Positions 8,518 to 17,766 of a stretch of DNA of 28,212 nucleotides are shown in pieces (the first letter of the stretch is position 1; every line of letters starts with the position of its first letter). The notes under the pieces are model-generated. The model was not told the DNA's origin and searched no databases. It worked only from the letters and a program-made list of their open reading frames with translations. The stretch spans positions 1-28,212 of the forward strand of contig JAWXCN010000125.1 in the NCBI GenBank assembly GCA_034408725.1, read 5' to 3'. Origin of the DNA: Candidatus Hydrogenedentota bacterium. GTDB taxonomy: Bacteria; Hydrogenedentota; Hydrogenedentia; Hydrogenedentales; SLHB01. Both the position numbers and the translations under genes were made by a program.

Positions 8518-10479
8518 ATGAAAACCATGCAAGGAACGAAATCAATGCGAAATGTTGTACGAGCAATGCTCGTCTCTTTGGTCTGTGTGTGCGCGATGGC
8601 GCAACCATCGCCCAGTCTCGACGAGGCGCTGCAAAAAATTGCCGCGTACAAGTTCGGCGAGAGCCGTGAACCGTTGACAATAGTGAATGATCTTGTGCGC
8701 AAAGCGGACAATGCAGGCGGCGCGGAACGAAAAGACGCGGAAACGAAACTGCTCGCGTTGCTCAAATCGAATCCGTCACCGGATTGTGTGGATTTTTTGT
8801 GCCGGCAACTGATGATTATCGGGACAGAAGCATCCGTTCCGGTGCTGGCTCCGATGTTGACGAAAGACGAGCAAAGCGCGGACTGGGCGCGTTACACGCT
8901 CGAGAATATTGAAGGCAACGCAGTCGATGAAGTGTTGATCGATGCGCTGACGAAGACAGACGGGCGCGCGCGCGTGGGCATCATCAACTCTCTGGGGAAT
9001 CGCAGGAGCGCGGATGCCCTGGGCGCGCTTGCCGCGTTGACGGGCGATACCGATGAGACTGTCGCCTCGGCGGCGATTGCATCGCTTGGCCTTATCGGAG
9101 GTGACGAAGCGGCCGCGGCGGTCGCGAAAGCGCGTAGCGGACCACTAAAGACGGTGGCGGACGATGCGTATATCGCGTGCGCGAATGCATACCTAGCCAG
9201 CGGGGACAAGGGCAAGGCCACGGCGATTTACGAAGAACTTGCGAATGCCAAGGAATCGGCGCGTATTCAGGCGGCAGCGATGGTAGGGTTGGCAAAAGCC
9301 GAACCAACCAAATCCCAGGGCGAACTCGTAGCATTGTTGAAGAGCGATGACGAATATTTGCGCGCGGTGGCAGTCGGGTTGTTGCGCGAGAATCCGCGGG
9401 CGGCCGGACCCGTCGCAGAAATTGTGGGTAGTCTGAATCCCGAAGCGCAGGTGATTGCCATCGGGGTATTGCAGAAGCATGAAGACAAATCAACGTTGAA
9501 TGCGGTCGCTCAACTGGCGTCGAGTGCCGATCCGGCGGTCCAGGCAGCGGCGGTGCGCGCGCTGGGTGTGCTTGGCGATGCGGGCACGGTCCCGATGCTG
9601 CTGACCGCCGCAATAAGCGGAAGTGATGAGGTGAAGCGCGCCGCCAGTGCTAGTCTCGACACGTTGCGCGGAACAGATGTAGACCCGATGCTGCTCGGCG
9701 CGATGGCGGGGGCCGACGCGACAACGCGCGGCGAATTGATCCGAAGCCTGGCCGTTCGCGGCGCGACGTCTTCGATCCCGATGTTGCTAAAGGCGACTGA
9801 AGATTCCGACGAATCCATTCAGGTAAAGGCATTCGATGCGCTGGGTGCGTTAGGCGGGCCGGGTGAATTGCCGGCGTTGATTGATTTGCTCGCGAAGAAA
9901 GCTGGGAGCGGTGTTCAGTCGCAAGCGGAGGCGGCGGTGGTCGCGGTGTCGCAGAAAGTTCCGCAAGCCGATGCCCGGGCACAGGCAATATTGGGGGCAT
10001 TGAGCGCGGCGAAAGACGAAAAGGTGCGCGCGTCTCTGACCAATGTGCTGGGGCGGTTGGGTGACTCGACAGGCCTCGCCACCTTGCGTGAATTGGCGGC
10101 GCAAACGGCGGAGACGGAGGTCCAAAATGCCGCCGTGCGCGCGCTTGCCGAATGGGAAACGGCCGCGACGCTTGAGGACCTGCGGGCCATGGCCGCGAAA
10201 TCGGCGAACGAAACGCACCGGGCACAGGCGTTCAACGGCATGATCCGCGTCGCGCGCATGAATGAAAACGGACCGGACGTGGATACGAAATTGAAAGTAT
10301 TCGAGGAAGCGTTGGGGTTGGCGAAAACCCCGGACGAAAAACGTCTTGTGCTGGCCGGATTGGGCCAACTGGCGGATGCGCGCGCGCTCGAACTGGCAAA
10401 GAAACTCGAGAACGACGAATCGGTAAAAGAAGAGGCGCGCCAGGCGATCGAGCAGATCACCAAGGCAACGGCCAAGTAA
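8518..10479 (+). CDS. Secreted HEAT/PBS-lyase-repeat alpha-solenoid protein
   Basis: Hydrophobic N-terminal signal; repeated AAVRALG/LGRLGD helical units; GGGAGG SD; start could be 8518, 8527 or 8544. Confidence 0.8.
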   Translation: MKTMQGTKSMRNVVRAMLVSLVCVCAMAQPSPSLDEALQKIAAYKFGESREPLTIVNDLVRKADNAGGAERKDAETKLLALLKSNPSPDCVDFLCRQLMIIGTEASVPVLAPMLTKDEQSADWARYTLENIEGNAVDEVLIDALTKTDGRARVGIINSLGNRRSADALGALAALTGDTDETVASAAIASLGLIGGDEAAAAVAKARSGPLKTVADDAYIACANAYLASGDKGKATAIYEELANAKESARIQAAAMVGLAKAEPTKSQGELVALLKSDDEYLRAVAVGLLRENPRAAGPVAEIVGSLNPEAQVIAIGVLQKHEDKSTLNAVAQLASSADPAVQAAAVRALGVLGDAGTVPMLLTAAISGSDEVKRAASASLDTLRGTDVDPMLLGAMAGADATTRGELIRSLAVRGATSSIPMLLKATEDSDESIQVKAFDALGALGGPGELPALIDLLAKKAGSGVQSQAEAAVVAVSQKVPQADARAQAILGALSAAKDEKVRASLTNVLGRLGDSTGLATLRELAAQTAETEVQNAAVRALAEWETAATLEDLRAMAAKSANETHRAQAFNGMIRVARMNENGPDVDTKLKVFEEALGLAKTPDEKRLVLAGLGQLADARALELAKKLENDESVKEEARQAIEQITKATAK

Positions 10480-10511
10480 GGCCCTCGCCGTCCGGCGATG
10501 TAGTGAAATCT

Positions 10512-10542
10512 GAGGGCCGCTTCGACAAACGAAGTGGCCCTC
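10512..10542. terminator. Strong intergenic hairpin (13-bp stem, 5-nt loop), possible terminator
   Basis: GAGGGCCGCTTCG-ACAAA-CGAAGTGGCCCTC, 33 nt after the HEAT gene stop; no clear U-tract. Confidence 0.5.
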
Positions 10543-10623
10543 CGCGATTTACAGCGCGGGTGGCCGCAAGTTTCCATTTTGGAGTAAAATGGCAGCGGCG
10601 CATTCATAAAGAGGAGATGAGCC

Positions 10624-11430
10624 ATGAAACGTTTAATCAGCATTTTTTCAATGGTATGTGTGTTTTCGGCGGCATTTTCATTGAGCGCGGCGGCGATTCC
10701 ACCGGGAGCGGATACCGCGAAGGCTGCCATCGCCGCGTCGCCGCGTCATAGCGAGTACGTCGAAGTGGCGTTGCCGGGCTCTGAAACAAAAATCCGAAGC
10801 TGGGTCAGCTTTCCCGAGAGCAAAGACAAGGCTCCCGTGATTATCGTCATTCACGAAATATTCGGATTGACCGAATGGATCGAATCCGTCGCCGATGCGC
10901 TTGCCGCGGAAGGTTTCATTGCCATTGCGCCAGACCTCATCTCCGGCGTCGAAGGAGCAAAGGAAAATGCGCGGGCGGCAATCGGCACCTTGACCGACGA
11001 GGAAGTTGTCAAGCGGCTCAATGCCGTGCGTGACTACGGTCTTGCGCTGCCGGCGGCCAACGGCAAGTTGGGCACGATCGGGTTTTGCTGGGGCGGCAAG
11101 TCGAGCTTTCTCTACGCTGTGGAGCAACCGAAGTTGGACGCCGCGGTCGTGTATTACGGCACAGCGCCGGCGCCGGAAACATTGTCGGCCATTGTCGCGC
11201 CCGTCCAGGCGCATTACGGGCAGAACGACGAACGTGTGAACGCGACTATTGCCCCAACAGAAGCGAAAATGAAGGAACTCGAAAAGACCTTCGAACATTC
11301 AATTTATGAGGGCGCAGGTCATGGATTTCTGCGTCAACAAAGTGGTCAGGACGGCGCGAACAAAAAGGCCAGCGAGCAGGCGTGGGCAAAGACGGTGGAA
11401 TTTTTGAAAGCGCGGACCGCTGTGAAGTGA
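10624..11430 (+). CDS. Dienelactone hydrolase family protein with a signal peptide
   Basis: HEIFGL, APDL, GFCWGG nucleophile, D in GQNDERV and H in AGHGF; GAGGAG SD. Confidence 0.92.
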   Translation: MKRLISIFSMVCVFSAAFSLSAAAIPPGADTAKAAIAASPRHSEYVEVALPGSETKIRSWVSFPESKDKAPVIIVIHEIFGLTEWIESVADALAAEGFIAIAPDLISGVEGAKENARAAIGTLTDEEVVKRLNAVRDYGLALPAANGKLGTIGFCWGGKSSFLYAVEQPKLDAAVVYYGTAPAPETLSAIVAPVQAHYGQNDERVNATIAPTEAKMKELEKTFEHSIYEGAGHGFLRQQSGQDGANKKASEQAWAKTVEFLKARTAVK

Positions 11431-11480
11431 TGCCAGAACCCGAGGGAAGTGAAGACGAACCTATCCCGGTTCGTGACTTG

Positions 11481-11941
11481 ATGGATCGCCCGATTATGTA
11501 GATACATCGGTTTTTGGAGGTTGCTTCGACATAGAGTTTGCCAGTGCCAGCACGGAATTTTTTGAGCAGATACGATCTGGCGAGTTTCACTTGGTGATTT
11601 CCGCGCTCGTGCGAGAAGAACTTCTAGCTGGACCGAAATACCTGCTCGACTATTTTGAAAGTTTCGGCGATAGCGCGGAATTGGTTTCGACAGTCGAAGA
11701 AATGCTCGACCTGAGAAATGCATATCTTGTGGCCGGCGCTGTCTCACAAAAATGGTCGGCGGACGCCTTGCATGTAGCGATTGCGACCATGTCTGGCTGC
11801 GCCGCATTGGTTAGCTGGAATTTTAAGCACTTGGTGAATTTTCGCAGAATTTCAATGTACAATGCAGTCAACGTATCGCGAGGATACGGGCCTGTGGCGA
11901 TTCATACGCCCGAGGAGATGATTTATGGCGTTAAAGACTAA
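11481..11941 (+). pseudogene. PIN-domain (VapC-like) toxin with an apparent 1-nt frameshift just after the start
   Basis: The frame of ORF 11591-11941 extends upstream as YVDTSVFGGCFDIEFASASTEFFEQIRSGEFH with no start codon after TGA 11474-11476; ATG 11481 reads MDRPIM-stop in another frame; REEL, ADALHVA and SWNFKHLVN motifs are present. Confidence 0.75.
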
Positions 11942-12110
11942 ACAGTTCAAGTGCATGGATGTAAAACGTGCAGGTGCATTGTCCGTGTACAACGCGACTA
12001 AGAATATGTCTCTGACGGATGAACTACGATATTGGGCAGAACGCGAAGAGGCTGCAAGAGTTGCTCGTGCCAAGGCTGGATCTACTATTCGTGATCATCG
12101 AACGAAATAG
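11925..12110 (+). CDS. Small protein overlapping the PIN gene end, putative cognate antitoxin
   Basis: 61 aa, GAGGAG SD, 17-nt overlap with the PIN gene; KQFKCMDVKR...ELRYW resembles small proteins encoded after this PIN type. Confidence 0.65.
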   Translation: MALKTKQFKCMDVKRAGALSVYNATKNMSLTDELRYWAEREEAARVARAKAGSTIRDHRTK

Positions 12111-12132
12111 CAGTCGAGCGCGACACATTGAT

Positions 12133-15100
12133 ATGAGCAGTAACTTTTCTAGAGGCTCTCCGGCTCGGCGTTTTAGGCAGTACTTTGGATGCTTGGGCGC
12201 GTTAATATTGGTCTGTATTCATGGCTTGGCACAGGAATACGATTTTTTCGAGCAGCGCGTCCGTCCGATATTGATCGACAACTGCTACGAATGCCACAGC
12301 GCCGAAAGCAAGACGGTCAAAGGCGGTTTGTTGCTCGATACGCGCGAGGGCATGCGCAAGGGTGGCGCCTCTGGCAAGGCCGCGGTCGTGCCCGGCGCGC
12401 CGGAGCAATCGCTTGTGCTCGAAGCAATCCGCTATCAGAACCCCGATTTGAAGATGCCGCCCAAACATCAACTTGATCAGGCGGCTGTAGATGCGATCAG
12501 CGCGTGGATTGTGTCTGGCGCGCCGGACCCGCGCGAGTTTTCGGCCAATGCCGTGAAGCAATCACAGAAAAAACTTTGGGCGCTGGAACCCGTTTCCGAT
12601 CCCGCGCCGCCTGTTGTCGCGCGCGCGGATTGGCCTCAGACGCCTATTGATGCGTTCATACTCTCGAAACTGGAAGTGCAAAGTCTCGCTCCTGCGCCGC
12701 CTGCCAGCAAGCATTCACTCATTCGGCGGGCGACAATCGATCTTACCGGATTGCCGCCCACCGCTGACGAAGTGGACGCGTTTATTTCCGATGAATCCCC
12801 GGAAGCTTTTGCAGCCGTGATTGATCGCTTACTCGCGTCTCCGGCGTACGGCGAGCGCTGGGCGCGTCATTGGCTTGATGTCGCGCGCTACGCGGATACG
12901 AAAGGGTACGTATACGGCGACCGTGAAGAAGCGCGGTTCATTCATTCGTATGTATACCGCGACTGGGTGATCGGCGCGCTAAACGCGGATATACCGTATG
13001 ACCAATTTCTCTTGCTTCAAATTGCGGGCGATCAGATTGTGACTGAGGCGAATAAAGAGAATCTTGCGGCGATGGGATTCCTGACACTCGGCCGGCGATT
13101 TCTCGGCGTGACCCATGACATCATTGACGATCGCATTGACACCCTCATGCGCGGAACGCAGGCATTGACTGTTGCGTGCGCCCGTTGCCACGATCACAAA
13201 TTCGATCCGATTCCAACGGAAGACTACTACTCGCTGTACGGTGTGTTCGCCGGTTCAAGCGAGCGCGCGGTGCAACTTGCCGGCAATCCGGAACCGACGG
13301 AAGCGTTCAAGGCCTATACCGGGCTACACGATGCACGTGTTGAGGAATTTCAAAAACAGTTCGAGCAAAAGGCTTCCGCGCTTTCGACGCGATTGCGGGC
13401 GCAAATCAAAGAATATCTCATTGCCGTGCTCGAGGCGGACTCGCTGCCGACGGAAGAGTTTTACGAAATCCGCCAGGCCGACGAGATGAACCCAACGATT
13501 GTGCGGAAGTGGCAGGCGTACTTGCTTAAGCGCACGCCGGAAGACCCGATTTTTGGCCCGTGGAAATCGTTTGCGCAGATGCCGCCGGAATCATTCGGGG
13601 AGAGCGCGAAGACGTATGTTGATGCATCGTTTCCGAAAGTGGAACCTGTACCTGTAAAGGACACGTCAGAGGCTGTTCCGGCCGCGCCCCTTTTCAATAC
13701 ACGGGTAGCCGGATTGTTTCGCGAGAAACCGCCCACGAGCATGAAAGATGTCGCCGAGCGGTACGGTGAATTGTTCCAGAGCGTGCGCGAATCGTGGCGA
13801 GATACGCTGGAGCAGGCCGCGATCAAAGGCGAACCGCAACCCGCGAGGTTGCCCGATGCCGATGAAGAAGCGTTGCGGCAGGTCCTTTATGCGGCGGACT
13901 CCCCGGTGACTGTGCCGTCGGGCGCGATTGTGGATCAGGAATGGTACTTCGACGAGCCCGCGCGCGTGGAATTGGGCCGCTTGCAACGATTGGTTGACGC
14001 ATCGATCATCGAACAGCCCGGATCGCCGCCGCATGCGGTGATTCTCGAAGACCGCGCCGAGCAGCGCAACGCGCGGGTATTCAAGCGCGGGAACCCGGCG
14101 ACTCGCGGTGATGAAGCCCCGCGCCGGTATCTCATGGCATTGTCCGGACCGGATCGCAAGCCGTTCGAGCACGGTAGCGGACGTCTGGAACTTGCCCGCG
14201 CGATTGCCAGCGCAGAAAACCCGCTCACGGCGCGGGTGATGGTGAACAGGATATGGCAGCATCATTTTGGGCAGGGGCTTGTGGCGACGCCGAGTGATTT
14301 CGGGTCACGAAGCGAATTGCCCAGCCATCCGGAACTGCTGGATTGGCTTGCTACGAAATTCGTGCGTGATGGTTGGTCGATGAAGAAGCTGCATCGGGTC
14401 ATCATGTTGTCCAATGTGTATCAGCAATCGAGCGAATCGGCGGGTGATATTGCCGCGGCGGAATCCGTTGATCCGGAGAACCGGTTGTTGTGGAGGTTTA
14501 ACCGGCAACGGCTGGACTTCGAGTCGATGCGCGACGCGATTCTTGCAGTGTCCGGCAACCTTGATGCAACCATGGGCGGGCGCGGGACTGATATTGTCAA
14601 GCCGCCGTATTCCGCGCGCAGGACAATCTATGGGTATGTCGATCGTCAGTTTCTGCCGGCAGTTTTTCGTGTGTTCGATTTTCCAAACCCTGACATGCAC
14701 AGTCCGCAGCGATACGACACCACCGTTCCGCAACAATCCCTATTCCTTATGAACAGTCCCTTCCTCATGGAACAAGCGCGCGGGCTTGCAGCGCGGACAG
14801 CGGACGCCGCGACAGTTCGCACGGACGATCGCGTGCAAGCGATGTATCGCGTCGCGTACCAGCGCGCCGCGAGTGAAGATGAAATATATAAAGGCCTCGT
14901 TTTCCTTGCGAGCGTGCCGCCGCCGCCTCCACCGGAGCCTGTGAAAGTGGCGAGTACCGCGTGGCAGTACGGGTATGGTCCGTACGATGCCGAAACGAAA
15001 CAGATGAAGTCATTTGAGCCTTTGCCATATTTCACGGGCGAAGCGTGGCAGGGTGGCAGTGCGTATCCGGATGCAAAACTGGGTTGGCTAAAGCTTGCGG

Positions 15101-15567
15101 CGGAAAAGGGGCATCCCGGCAACGACATGGAACACATGGTTGTTCGCCGCTGGACATCGCCGATTTCCGGCGCGGTCTCGATCTCCGGCGAAGTTCATCA
15201 CGATACGCCCGCGGGCAATGGCATTGCCGCGAGAATACTTTCGAGCAAACACGGACTCCTCGGCGAATGGCCCATTCATAACAGTCATGTCGCGGTTGAT
15301 CTGAAGGATCTGGCTGTGGCGAAAGGCGACACACTCGATTTCGTCGTGGATGTCGCGGGTGAATTGAACAGCGATGATTTCCGCTGGGCGCCGGTGATCG
15401 CGCGTTCAACGCCAGCGCCCGCCGAAGAAGGCGCGAACTACGAGACGGAATGGAACGCGAAGGAAGATTTCGCGGGACCTCCAGAATCGCGCCCGGTTCC
15501 ATTGGAACCTTGGGAGCAATACGCGCAGGTGTTGTTGCTTTCCAATGAGTTTAGTTTCGTTGATTGA
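12133..15567 (+). CDS. Planctomycete cytochrome c + DUF1549 (PSCyt2) + DUF1553 (PSD1) protein
   Basis: FFEQRVRPIL..CYECH, YGERWARHWLDVARYAD, CARCHDHKFDP, GSGRLELA, NPLTARVMVNRIWQHHFG, SHPELLDWLA and terminal SNEFSFVD; start codon uncertain. Confidence 0.93.
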   Translation: MSSNFSRGSPARRFRQYFGCLGALILVCIHGLAQEYDFFEQRVRPILIDNCYECHSAESKTVKGGLLLDTREGMRKGGASGKAAVVPGAPEQSLVLEAIRYQNPDLKMPPKHQLDQAAVDAISAWIVSGAPDPREFSANAVKQSQKKLWALEPVSDPAPPVVARADWPQTPIDAFILSKLEVQSLAPAPPASKHSLIRRATIDLTGLPPTADEVDAFISDESPEAFAAVIDRLLASPAYGERWARHWLDVARYADTKGYVYGDREEARFIHSYVYRDWVIGALNADIPYDQFLLLQIAGDQIVTEANKENLAAMGFLTLGRRFLGVTHDIIDDRIDTLMRGTQALTVACARCHDHKFDPIPTEDYYSLYGVFAGSSERAVQLAGNPEPTEAFKAYTGLHDARVEEFQKQFEQKASALSTRLRAQIKEYLIAVLEADSLPTEEFYEIRQADEMNPTIVRKWQAYLLKRTPEDPIFGPWKSFAQMPPESFGESAKTYVDASFPKVEPVPVKDTSEAVPAAPLFNTRVAGLFREKPPTSMKDVAERYGELFQSVRESWRDTLEQAAIKGEPQPARLPDADEEALRQVLYAADSPVTVPSGAIVDQEWYFDEPARVELGRLQRLVDASIIEQPGSPPHAVILEDRAEQRNARVFKRGNPATRGDEAPRRYLMALSGPDRKPFEHGSGRLELARAIASAENPLTARVMVNRIWQHHFGQGLVATPSDFGSRSELPSHPELLDWLATKFVRDGWSMKKLHRVIMLSNVYQQSSESAGDIAAAESVDPENRLLWRFNRQRLDFESMRDAILAVSGNLDATMGGRGTDIVKPPYSARRTIYGYVDRQFLPAVFRVFDFPNPDMHSPQRYDTTVPQQSLFLMNSPFLMEQARGLAARTADAATVRTDDRVQAMYRVAYQRAASEDEIYKGLVFLASVPPPPPPEPVKVASTAWQYGYGPYDAETKQMKSFEPLPYFTGEAWQGGSAYPDAKLGWLKLAAEKGHPGNDMEHMVVRRWTSPISGAVSISGEVHHDTPAGNGIAARILSSKHGLLGEWPIHNSHVAVDLKDLAVAKGDTLDFVVDVAGELNSDDFRWAPVIARSTPAPAEEGANYETEWNAKEDFAGPPESRPVPLEPWEQYAQVLLLSNEFSFVD

Positions 15568-15651
15568 GCGGCGTCACCTCGAATCCAAGTGGTTGCGTGC
15601 CCGAAGCCGACTCTGCTGCCGCAGTCCAAAGCAAGAATGGCAGACAGTGCC

Positions 15652-16239
15652 ATGAATGACCAGCTTCAGCGCTATATCGAACACTTCCTCTCAGCCCGTG
15701 ATCGAATCGATGTGCTGATAGCGGGCCTGACTTTCGAGACATTTAATCAACGTCCAGCGTCCGGTGGATGGTCGATTGCGGAGGTGGTTGACCATCTTTG
15801 CATTTTGGGCGAAATGCTGTTGCCGCGAATTGATGTTGCGATTGATGAAGCGGGTGTGCGCGGATGGCGCGGAAACGGTCCGTTTCGCTATCCATTTCTC
15901 AGCCGGTTGTTCATTAAAAGCGTAGGCCCGCTAACACCGAATAAGCGTGGCAAAATGAAGGCCCCAAAAATTTTTGCTCCATCGACCGATCAAGCGTTGG
16001 ACGGTCTCGTCGAGCGTTTCCGGGCGTTGCAGGACAAGCTGGTTGTACGATGCCGCGCCGCGGACGGCATCAACTTGCGGAAGCCATCTTTTGCGAGTCC
16101 TGCCAGTCCGTTGATACGCGTGCGGCTCGGAGCGTGGATCGAAGCAATAGCAATGCACCAGTTGCGCCATTTTCAACAGATTGATGATATTCGTGCTTCA
16201 CTGCGGCTGAATGACGCATCCAGCCGTCATGTGGTATGA
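15652..16239 (+). CDS. DinB/YfiT-superfamily protein
   Basis: FNQRPASGGWSIAEVVDHL and C-terminal HQLRHFQQI metal-ligand pattern; start could be 15637 or 15652. Confidence 0.8.
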   Translation: MNDQLQRYIEHFLSARDRIDVLIAGLTFETFNQRPASGGWSIAEVVDHLCILGEMLLPRIDVAIDEAGVRGWRGNGPFRYPFLSRLFIKSVGPLTPNKRGKMKAPKIFAPSTDQALDGLVERFRALQDKLVVRCRAADGINLRKPSFASPASPLIRVRLGAWIEAIAMHQLRHFQQIDDIRASLRLNDASSRHVV

Positions 16240-16261
16240 TCCAACGTTGATGAGTTGGAAC

Positions 16262-17683
16262 ATGCAGCATCACAAGCCCAACATTGAAGACGCTTTTCTC
16301 ACGCGCCGGGATTTTATCTGCCGGTGCGGCATGGGCATGGCCTCACTCGGACTCGCGGGGTTGATGCAGGAGGCATTCGCCGCGGATACCGTGAATCCGC
16401 TCACGCCGCGCGCGCCTCACTTTCCGGGCAAGGCAAAGCGCGTCATCCACTTCTTTCTGAACGGCGGCCCCTCCGCGGTCGATACGTTCGATCCCAAGCC
16501 CGCGCTGCAAAAGTATGCTGGACAAACGCTGCCGATGGAGTATCTGCGCACCGAGCGCAAAACAGGTGCAGCGTTTCCGTCGCCGTTTACGTTCAAGAAA
16601 TACGGACAGAGCGGCATAGAAGTCAGCGAGATATTTGCGAAGACCGCGGAACACATCGACGATATCGCCGTCATCCGCTCAATGAAAGCGAAAGTGCCCA
16701 ACCACGAGCCGTCTTTGATGTTGATGAACTGCGGCGACGCCGTGCTGAGCCGTCCTAGCATGGGATCGTGGATTACGTATGGGCTGGGGTCTGAAAACCA
16801 GAATTTGCCGGGTTTCATTTCGATGTGCCCTGGCGGGTATCCAATAAAGGAAGCGGAGAACTGGCAATCGGGGTTCCTTCCCGGCGCGTTTCAGGGCACG
16901 TATATCGATTCGAACCACACGAAGCTTGAGAAACTGATCGAGCATATTCGCAATAGCAGCACGACATTGAGCGATCAACGGCGGCAGTTGGACCTGTTGC
17001 ACGAGTTGAACGAAACGCATGCGCAACGCCGCGCAGAGGATGCAAAGCTCGAATCCCGCATGCAATCGTTCGAGTTGGCGTATCGCATGCAGATGGAAGC
17101 CGCGGATGCGTTCGACGTCGAGAAGGAACCGGAACATATCCGTCAAATGTACGGAGAAGGCGTACACGCGCGTCAGACGCTGATCGCGCGGCGGTTGCTC
17201 GAGCGCGGCGTGCGTTTCGTACAGTTGTGGCATGGCGCGGGCCAGCCCTGGGACAACCACGACGACATCGGTATACATCGCAGTCTCGCGGGACAAATCG
17301 ATCAGCCCATCGCGGCGCTGATCACCGACCTGAAACAGCGCGGCATGTTCGACGATACGCTCATCCTTTGGGGTGGTGAGTTTGGCCGCACGCCCACCGT
17401 CGAGCTAAGCGCAGGCGGTGATCCATTGAAAGGCCGCGACCATAACCCCTACGGCTTCTCGGTCTGGATGGCCGGTGGTGGAATCCGTGGCGGAACCGTA
17501 TATGGCGCGACAGACGAATTTGGCTTCAAGGCGCAGGAAAACCCGCTTGAGGTCCATGATCTCCACGCAACGATGCTTCACCTACTAGGGTTCGACCACG
17601 AAAAATTCACGTACCGCTACGCAGGCCGCGATTTCCGGTTGACCGATGTCGCAGGCCATGTCGTGAAAGAAGTGGTCGCGTAA
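16262..17683 (+). CDS. DUF1501 family protein with a Tat signal
   Basis: TRRDFI, AKRVIHFFLNGGPS..DTFDPKP, ARRLLERGVRFVQ, WGGEFGRTP, GRDHNP and DLHATMLHLLG motifs. Confidence 0.95.
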   Translation: MQHHKPNIEDAFLTRRDFICRCGMGMASLGLAGLMQEAFAADTVNPLTPRAPHFPGKAKRVIHFFLNGGPSAVDTFDPKPALQKYAGQTLPMEYLRTERKTGAAFPSPFTFKKYGQSGIEVSEIFAKTAEHIDDIAVIRSMKAKVPNHEPSLMLMNCGDAVLSRPSMGSWITYGLGSENQNLPGFISMCPGGYPIKEAENWQSGFLPGAFQGTYIDSNHTKLEKLIEHIRNSSTTLSDQRRQLDLLHELNETHAQRRAEDAKLESRMQSFELAYRMQMEAADAFDVEKEPEHIRQMYGEGVHARQTLIARRLLERGVRFVQLWHGAGQPWDNHDDIGIHRSLAGQIDQPIAALITDLKQRGMFDDTLILWGGEFGRTPTVELSAGGDPLKGRDHNPYGFSVWMAGGGIRGGTVYGATDEFGFKAQENPLEVHDLHATMLHLLGFDHEKFTYRYAGRDFRLTDVAGHVVKEVVA

Positions 17684-17687
17684 ATTC

Positions 17688-17761
17688 CCGGAGCGCGGGT
17701 TTTCCAACCCGCGATTGATTTTCTTATCGAGAATTCGCGGGTTGGAAAACCCGCGCTCCGG
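17688..17761. repeat. REP-like doublet: perfect 27-bp inverted repeat with internally palindromic arms, between convergent genes
   Basis: CCGGAGCGCGGGTTTTCCAACCCGCGA (17688-17714) and its exact reverse complement (17735-17761), 20-nt spacer. Confidence 0.85.
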
Positions 17762-17766
17762 AATTC

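Noticed and set aside
7149-8765. 538-aa minus-strand ORF
   Set aside because: Antisense shadow of the well-supported oxidoreductase and HEAT genes; no motifs; expected in GC-rich DNA
17688-17761. Possible CRISPR repeat or IS end
   Set aside because: Only two copies, in inverted orientation; no spacer array, cas gene or transposase
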